From: Candidatus Woesearchaeota archaeon
Lineage (GTDB): Archaea; Nanobdellota; Nanobdellia; Woesearchaeales; JAFCFN01
NCBI GenBank assembly: GCA_017609245.1
Contig: JAFCEI010000002.1
Span: 2,639 to 36,211, forward strand
Direction of reading: 5' to 3'
DNA: 33,573 bases
The notes beneath the pieces were generated by a model that worked only from the letters and a program-made list of their open reading frames with translations, ran no database searches and was not told where the DNA came from. Position numbers and translations under genes: made by a program. Positions within the stretch are counted from its first letter, which is position 1; each line of letters opens with the position of its first letter. Below are positions 31,838 to 33,573 of the stretch, one piece after another.

Positions 31838-32085
31838 TTTTCTGTCCTCTTGCTTGCGATAAGTATTCCTATGACGCAGATAAACGTGATAATGATTGCG
31901 GCGATTATCTTGTATAAATATGTTGTTGTCTGAACATTCATTATCTCCAGCAGCTTGTCAACAGCACCCCTTATGGCGTCATTCCATGTCAGTGCGATCA
32001 CCAAAGCAAATGCAGAAGAAATAGCGATAAACATCCTATTTCTGAACTCTTTCCTAATATTGTTGTTTTTGCCTCTTTTTTTCAT
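31834..32085 (-). CDS. Small membrane protein (DUF5654-like)
   Basis: I chose the ATG at 32083-32085 (MKKRGKNNN...), which avoids overlap with the upstream gene. It has two TM segments and the motif AFALVIALTWNDAIR. Its stop overlaps the CBS gene start as ATGA. Confidence 0.55.
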   Translation of the reverse strand: MKKRGKNNNIRKEFRNRMFIAISSAFALVIALTWNDAIRGAVDKLLEIMNVQTTTYLYKIIAAIIITFICVIGILIASKRTEK

Positions 32086-32116
32086 ATTGACTTGTATATA
32101 AAGGTTATATAAAAAC

Positions 32117-32758
32117 TTATCTGTGTTTGGTTTGTTTCTGATACTCAAGATAAGAATAAAGGATTACATATATGACTAACGCTAAGATTGGTGCCAGTAT
32201 CAGCCACATGGAATAATCAGGCAACAATAATCCCAACAGTGCGATAACCCCTGCAATCTTAAACAGCTTGCCGCCGATCTTATGTGTCTTGTCCCAGACT
32301 TTCTTGTTGCTCAATGTCCAGGGAGTTCTTATGCCGATAAACCAGTTCTGCTTTGCATTCTCAGTAAGTATTCCGATGTAATAGAACAATATTCCCAACG
32401 CAGGCAGGATCATCACAGTCATGTTAAAAACATTTCCAAGGTTCCAGTAAAGCGATAAACCATGTATGTAGAACAGAAAGATCATCAGCAAAAGGATAAA
32501 CCAGTCAAAATACTTCCTGAATTTCTGGATGTTCTTTTTCAATGGATCTATGTTAGGTATTAACAGGAACATCAGCAGGATTACAAAAGAAACAATCGGC
32601 ATCAGGAAAACTCCCCAAAACCTTGGCATGTATCCATCAACCTCGCCCCTCGAATTCCAGTGCGACGCCATTGTCTCAGGCATCTGAGGATAGAGGTAGA
32701 TGCTTATAACAAAGGACAATAAGATTATTACTAAGATTGAAATGCTTATCTTTTTCAT
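32117..32758 (-). CDS. SdpI/YhfL-family membrane protein with N-terminal DUF1648
   Basis: YPQMPETMASHWNSRGEVDGYMPR is DUF1648-like. Further TM helices follow, with NWFIGIRTPWTL as the SdpI motif. Confidence 0.78.
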   Translation of the reverse strand: MKKISISILVIILLSFVISIYLYPQMPETMASHWNSRGEVDGYMPRFWGVFLMPIVSFVILLMFLLIPNIDPLKKNIQKFRKYFDWFILLLMIFLFYIHGLSLYWNLGNVFNMTVMILPALGILFYYIGILTENAKQNWFIGIRTPWTLSNKKVWDKTHKIGGKLFKIAGVIALLGLLLPDYSMWLILAPILALVIYVILYSYLEYQKQTKHR

Positions 32759-32762
32759 GAAT

Positions 32763-33011
32763 TTATGCGCCTAAAAACTTAAGCAGTTCATAGATCAGGA
32801 AAGCTGGCCAAACAATGGCTTTCAATATTCCAAGAACCCCTGTCCAGAAACTGGCTGCTGTTGAGATGTAATAGATCACAGCTCCGATAAATCCCAGACC
32901 ATAGATTCCGCTGCCCTTGCGCGTGTTTATGCAGCAGTAAGCTCCTTGCATCTTTGGTACAATTACCTTTTTTGTATTTCTTTTTGCTCGTTTTGTTTTT
33001 CTTTTTGCCAT
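32763..33011 (-). CDS. Small membrane protein with a basic N-terminus, unknown function
   Basis: 82 aa: MAKRKTKRAKRNTKK...GLGFIGAVIYYISTAASFWTGVLGILKAIVWPAFLIY. The SD GGTGAT and a TATA box (minus-strand ATTTATATA, about 33048-33056) lie upstream. Confidence 0.6.
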   Translation of the reverse strand: MAKRKTKRAKRNTKKVIVPKMQGAYCCINTRKGSGIYGLGFIGAVIYYISTAASFWTGVLGILKAIVWPAFLIYELLKFLGA

Positions 33012-33202
33012 TAAACATCACCTCTGATTGATGTTGGTTTGGATGGTATATAAATATTTCTGATTCAGGCGAGGACTGGGTTTAACATCGCAACTAAACG
33101 AAGTTTCAGTTTAGAGTAGATTTTAGGGGGTTCTATTCTATCTTTTGAGCGTTAGCGTTGCTTAGAGAACAAGAATTTAGGGGGGCGTTTTGTCTTGAAT
33201 AA

Positions 33203-33573
33203 TCATTTGATGTTCTTTTTTGCAATTTCAGTAATTTTATTAAAGTCTTTATTGTTTGCTTCATATTTTGCAAACTCGACTAAACTACAAAGATCAAAAC
33301 ATTTTTTTATTTCTTTGTAACTTTTTTTGTGTTTCTTTAGGTATTTTAAGATTTCATCATTAGTTAATTCTTTTTTCAATCCATATTTATAACTAAGATA
33401 CAATCTCAAAGCCTGCCCAGATTTCCCATAGGCATCTTTATATTTTTTTAGGCTAAACAATTTTTCAGCTTCTTCAAGCAACTTTTTTGATACTGAAACA
33501 TAATCAAATGGCTTCTCTTCAACAATAATTTTACTTTTTGGAATGGCTTTTGTTTTCTTAAAATATTTGTTAT
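33203..33573 (-). CDS. Hypothetical Lys-rich helical protein, 5' end beyond the window
   Basis: The track ORF 33203..33481 starts at a TTG, but the same frame stays open to the window edge (..NKYFKKTKAIPKSKIIVEEKPFDYVSVSKKLLEEAEKLF..). The gene is therefore partial. Confidence 0.5.
   Translation of the reverse strand, partial: NKYFKKTKAIPKSKIIVEEKPFDYVSVSKKLLEEAEKLFSLKKYKDAYGKSGQALRLYLSYKYGLKKELTNDEILKYLKKHKKSYKEIKKCFDLCSLVEFAKYEANNKDFNKITEIAKKNIK

Noticed and set aside
33012-33202. C/D-box sRNA or split-tRNA half in the 190-nt spacer
   Set aside because: CUGA motifs occur, but I found no proper RUGAUGA C box at the right spacing. GGGGGTTCT lacks the complementary CCCCC needed for a T-arm. 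The segment is kept only as an unexplained repeat/hairpin region.
1-33573. CRISPR arrays, IS elements, prophage or defence islands
   Set aside because: Reading all intergenic spacers showed no regularly spaced direct repeats. No transposase, integrase, Cas, restriction-modification or toxin-antitoxin signatures appeared in any frame I inspected.

Overview
AT-rich, very gene-dense archaeal chromosome fragment. I found about 50 genes, one tRNA, and no rRNA, CRISPR array, transposase or integrase. The archaeal assignment rests on ribosomal protein S27e, aIF2-alpha, Nop10, a PAC2-type proteasome chaperone, class I LysRS, Pth2, a ThrRS with the archaeal N-terminal editing domain, SRP54 and an intron-containing tRNA. 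The reduced-genome look, together with bacterial-type envelope genes (two SLT lytic transglycosylases, LysM, Lgt) and an AroG-type DAHP synthase, suggests a DPANN-like lineage; that is inference only. All family calls come from motif recognition in the translated ORFs, and no database search was possible. Layout: (a) 1-7270, all minus strand, is a 14-gene tightly packed cluster. It is built around the uncharacterised DUF5320 / DUF134 / NifX-like / MinD-ferredoxin-ATPase module and also carries a CDF metal exporter, ferredoxins, a thioredoxin-fold protein, an Fe-S uracil-DNA glycosylase, a GIY-YIG protein and a DAHP synthase. Two tandem ATGAAT-N4-ATTCAT palindromes lie just downstream of a TATA box at its head. 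(b) 7.3-20 kb holds housekeeping genes: the S27e-aIF2a-Nop10-PAC2 operon, enolase, SppA, an AbrB-PhoU regulator, a kinase-fold protein, a RimK/RimB pair and lysK. A hypothetical gene plus a B12-binding radical SAM gene also sit here. (c) 20.0-20.7 kb holds a tRNA-Lys(CUU) with two introns, one of them a non-canonical D-arm intron with a readable bulge-helix-bulge, followed by a twice-frameshifted P-loop kinase. (d) 20.7-33.6 kb holds Pth2, two lytic transglycosylases flanking a DUF1704/MATCAP-like metallopeptidase, ThrRS, TatD, SRP54, an Lgt-MFS pair, an orphan radical SAM activase, a CBS protein and small membrane proteins. The best candidate for an undescribed system is the left-hand cluster. 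Within it, the same 6-Cys zinc-ribbon tail preceded by a Gly/Arg-rich linker is attached to both the DUF134 regulator and the CDF transporter, and four consecutive genes carry Gly/Arg-rich tracts.
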